The translations under genes and the position numbers were made by a program. From NCBI GenBank assembly GCA_963709345.1, contig CAVPVX010000002.1, positions 352,001-416,000 of the forward strand: 64,000 nt of DNA, written 5' to 3'. The DNA comes from an uncultured Actinomycetes bacterium (lineage in GTDB: Bacteria > Actinomycetota > Thermoleophilia > UBA2241). Positions 61,622 to 64,000 of this stretch are shown one piece after another. The first letter of the stretch is position 1; the number at the start of each line of letters is the position of its first letter. The notes under the pieces are model-generated. The model had not been told where the DNA came from. It made no database searches and saw only the letters and a program-made list of their open reading frames with translations.

Positions 61622-62404
61622 TCACCTCCGCGAGCCGTCAGCTCGGCTCGATGGTCCGTTCATGCCTCGCGCGACATCGGCGACGTCCGCTGATCCCCCG
61701 TCGGCGGGTGCAGGCTGGGGCGCGGCGGGCTGCGGCGGCGCAGAAGGAGGCGGCGGCGATGCGCCGCCGACGCTCGGGGCCGGCGCGGCCACACGGGGAC
61801 CGGCGAGCATCACTTCGGCCCACCGCGCGCACACCCAGCTCCACGCGTTGATCACGTGCAGCGACACGAAGAACACCAGGACGCCCAGCAGGAAGACGAC
61901 TGTCGCGAACCAGAGCGGCGGCACCCAGCTGCCGTTGACCACGGGGACGCGAACGAGCGCGAAGACCGGCATCGCCAGGAACCAGCCGACCATGAAGACC
62001 GCAGTGAAGAGCAACGTGGTCGACACGGTGCCGAACGCCAGCTTGGCGAAGAGGTAGACGAGGTCTTTCCAGGTCGACGCGCTCCCGAAATGGGCCTTGA
62101 GCTTCCCCCATACCCCTTCGACCTTCTCCCACTCTCGTGCCGCGCCGGGCACGTCCGCGCCCAGCAGGTACTTTGCCTGGACGCGCTCGAAAGCGCCGAA
62201 GAGCCACCACGCGCCGGCGACGATGAGCAGGATGGGGATGCCAACCCAGATCACGATGAGCCCGATGCCCAGGGACAGCCCCGTGGCCAGAAAGACGAAG
62301 TAGAAGAGCCCGAGCGGGAAGGCGAGCCAATTGAACAGGATGTTGAGCCACGTCCGCGGGCGCGCCACGACGCCGAAGAAGCGGCCGAGCATCGAGTCGC
62401 GCAT
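61622..62404 (-). CDS. Putative sensor-domain membrane protein
   Basis: LAFPLGLFYFV...VIWVGIPIL...FERVQA...STWKDLVYL. Confidence 0.8.
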   Translation of the reverse strand: MRDSMLGRFFGVVARPRTWLNILFNWLAFPLGLFYFVFLATGLSLGIGLIVIWVGIPILLIVAGAWWLFGAFERVQAKYLLGADVPGAAREWEKVEGVWGKLKAHFGSASTWKDLVYLFAKLAFGTVSTTLLFTAVFMVGWFLAMPVFALVRVPVVNGSWVPPLWFATVVFLLGVLVFFVSLHVINAWSWVCARWAEVMLAGPRVAAPAPSVGGASPPPPSAPPQPAAPQPAPADGGSADVADVARGMNGPSSRADGSRR

Positions 62405-62707
62405 GGCGTCATCTCCCGTCGTCTATCGCAGTGTGCAGCCGAAGCCTAGTCGACGGGACGCGCGGCGTCGTCACCCCATGGCGGGAATGGCAGTGGCTCG
62501 CGGTGGCATCATCACGGCAGGCGACGTACCCCCTCAGGGGTACACATGACGCACCGTGACTGTCGCGCGGGCGTGCGCCGGTGTGCGCGGAAGCGCTTGA
62601 GCCGGCGGCCGGGGTGCGCGACGGCCGGCGAAGCGAGTCGGCTCGCGCCTGCCGCCGGCCCTCGGCCGACGCTCGGCCTGCCCCGGAGGCGGTCGCCCAG
62701 GCGCCGG

Positions 62708-63388
62708 TCAGTCGGCCGGCGTCTCCCCCGGGCGCACCAGCCCCACCTCGTAGGCGAGGATCACCGCTTGGGTGCGGTCGTGCAGGCCGAGCTTGGCGAA
62801 GATCCGTTTGACGTGGGTCTTCACCGTGCCCTCACTCAGGTAGAGGTGGGCGGCGATGTCGCCGTTCGTCATGCCGCGTGCAACCAGCACGAGCACCTCG
62901 TGCTCGCGCTCCGTCAGGTCGTCGAGCTCACCCGCGTCACGCTGTGGCGCGCTCTCCGGCCGATCGCGAAAGCTCTCGATGAGTCGCTGCGTCACCGAAG
63001 GCGCCAGCAGCGCGTCACCTTCAGCGACGACGCGGATCCCGGCGACCAGGTCCTCGGCCGGAGTGCGCTTGAGGAGAAAGCCGCTGGCTCCGGCCTTGAG
63101 CGCCTCGTACACGTACTCGTCAAGATCGAACGTCGTGAGGATCACGACGCGCGAGCTGTCCTCGCGCCCCAGCGCGACGATCTCGCGCGTCGCCTCGATG
63201 CCGTTCATCTGGGGCATCTGCACGTCCATCAGGACGACGTCGGGGTCGAGACGGCGCGTGAGCGTCACCGCCTCCCCGCCTTCGCCGGCCTCGCCGACCA
63301 CCTCGATGTCCGGCTCCGCCGCCAGTATCAGCTTGAGCCCGGCGCGCACCAGCTGTTCGTCGTCGACCACCACGACCGTGATGCTCAT
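62708..63388 (-). CDS. NarL/LuxR-family response regulator
   Basis: VVDDEQLVRAG, VLMDVQMP, LTTFD, LTEREHEVL, TVKTHV. Confidence 0.95.
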   Translation of the reverse strand: MSITVVVVDDEQLVRAGLKLILAAEPDIEVVGEAGEGGEAVTLTRRLDPDVVLMDVQMPQMNGIEATREIVALGREDSSRVVILTTFDLDEYVYEALKAGASGFLLKRTPAEDLVAGIRVVAEGDALLAPSVTQRLIESFRDRPESAPQRDAGELDDLTEREHEVLVLVARGMTNGDIAAHLYLSEGTVKTHVKRIFAKLGLHDRTQAVILAYEVGLVRPGETPAD

Positions 63389-64000
63389 GCTCCCTCCGTT
63401 CGCAGGGGCAGCCGGGCGCGGACGGCGAATCCGCCGTCCGGCCGTGGCCCCGCATCCAGGTCGCCGCGGAACGTGGCGACGCGTTCGCGCATGCCGACGA
63501 GCCCGCGCCCGCCGCCTTCGGCGGTGAATGCGGCCGCGCCGCGCCCGTCGTCAAGCACGACGATACCCAGTTCGTCGTCCCCGTACGTCAGAGCCACCGA
63601 CGCGTGCGCCTTGCCGGCATGCTTCAGCGTGTTCGTCAGAGCCTCCTGCACGAGGCGGTACGCGGTCAGATCGAGGCTGGACGGCAGCGCACGGGGCTCC
63701 CCCTCGACCTGCAGGGCGACCGGCAGGCCCGCCTCCCGCACCTGCTCGCACAGGGTCTCGATCTGGGCGACGCCGGGAGCCGCGTGGAGGCCGGCGTCCT
63801 CATCGGGCGCGCGCAGAATGCCGAGCATCCGCTCGATGTCGCCGAGCGCCTGGCGGCCGGCCGTCTCGATGTTGCCGAGCGCCTCGCGCACCAGGTCGGG
63901 CTGCGCGTCGAGGACGCGCTGGGCGGCGCCCGCGTGCAGCACGACGATGTTCAGCGCGTGCCCCACGCTGTCGTGGAGCTCGCGGGCGAGCCGCATACGC
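63385..64000 (-). CDS. Sensor histidine kinase (HisKA_3); N-terminus lies outside the window
   Basis: LARELHDSVGH, YRLVQEALTNTLKHA, DDGRG, GRGLVGMRER. Confidence 0.93.
   Translation of the reverse strand, partial: RMRLARELHDSVGHALNIVVLHAGAAQRVLDAQPDLVREALGNIETAGRQALGDIERMLGILRAPDEDAGLHAAPGVAQIETLCEQVREAGLPVALQVEGEPRALPSSLDLTAYRLVQEALTNTLKHAGKAHASVALTYGDDELGIVVLDDGRGAAAFTAEGGGRGLVGMRERVATFRGDLDAGPRPDGGFAVRARLPLRTEGA

Overview
High-GC (about 70%) bacterial DNA whose gene content suggests an anaerobic actinobacterium, possibly Thermoleophilia-like (inference). The centrepiece is a minus-strand methylamine:corrinoid methyltransferase cluster at about 34.6-45.7 kb. In transcription order it holds a DeoR/GlpR regulator, an APH/choline-kinase-fold phosphotransferase, a non-pyrrolysine MttB, a corrinoid protein, a non-pyrrolysine MtmB, a metallophosphoesterase, an APC permease, an MtbB and a HAD phosphatase. 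The ORF track splits MtbB in two, but it is one frame with an in-frame amber (TAG 35662-35664) at the canonical pyrrolysine position. I saw no pyl genes in the window. A lower-GC patch at about 6.9-9.7 kb carries a frameshifted triple-domain RidA gene, an AAA ATPase relic and an orphan C-type-lectin-fold tail resembling a DGR variable region, next to a NERD-helicase. The window also holds tandem secreted beta-propeller paralogues, a tiny two-finger C2H2 protein, cell-wall hydrolases, PPK2, UvrD, RmuC, ABC/MFS/P-type transporters, a two-component system and several internally deleted gene relics. All family calls come from motif recognition by eye; no searches were run.
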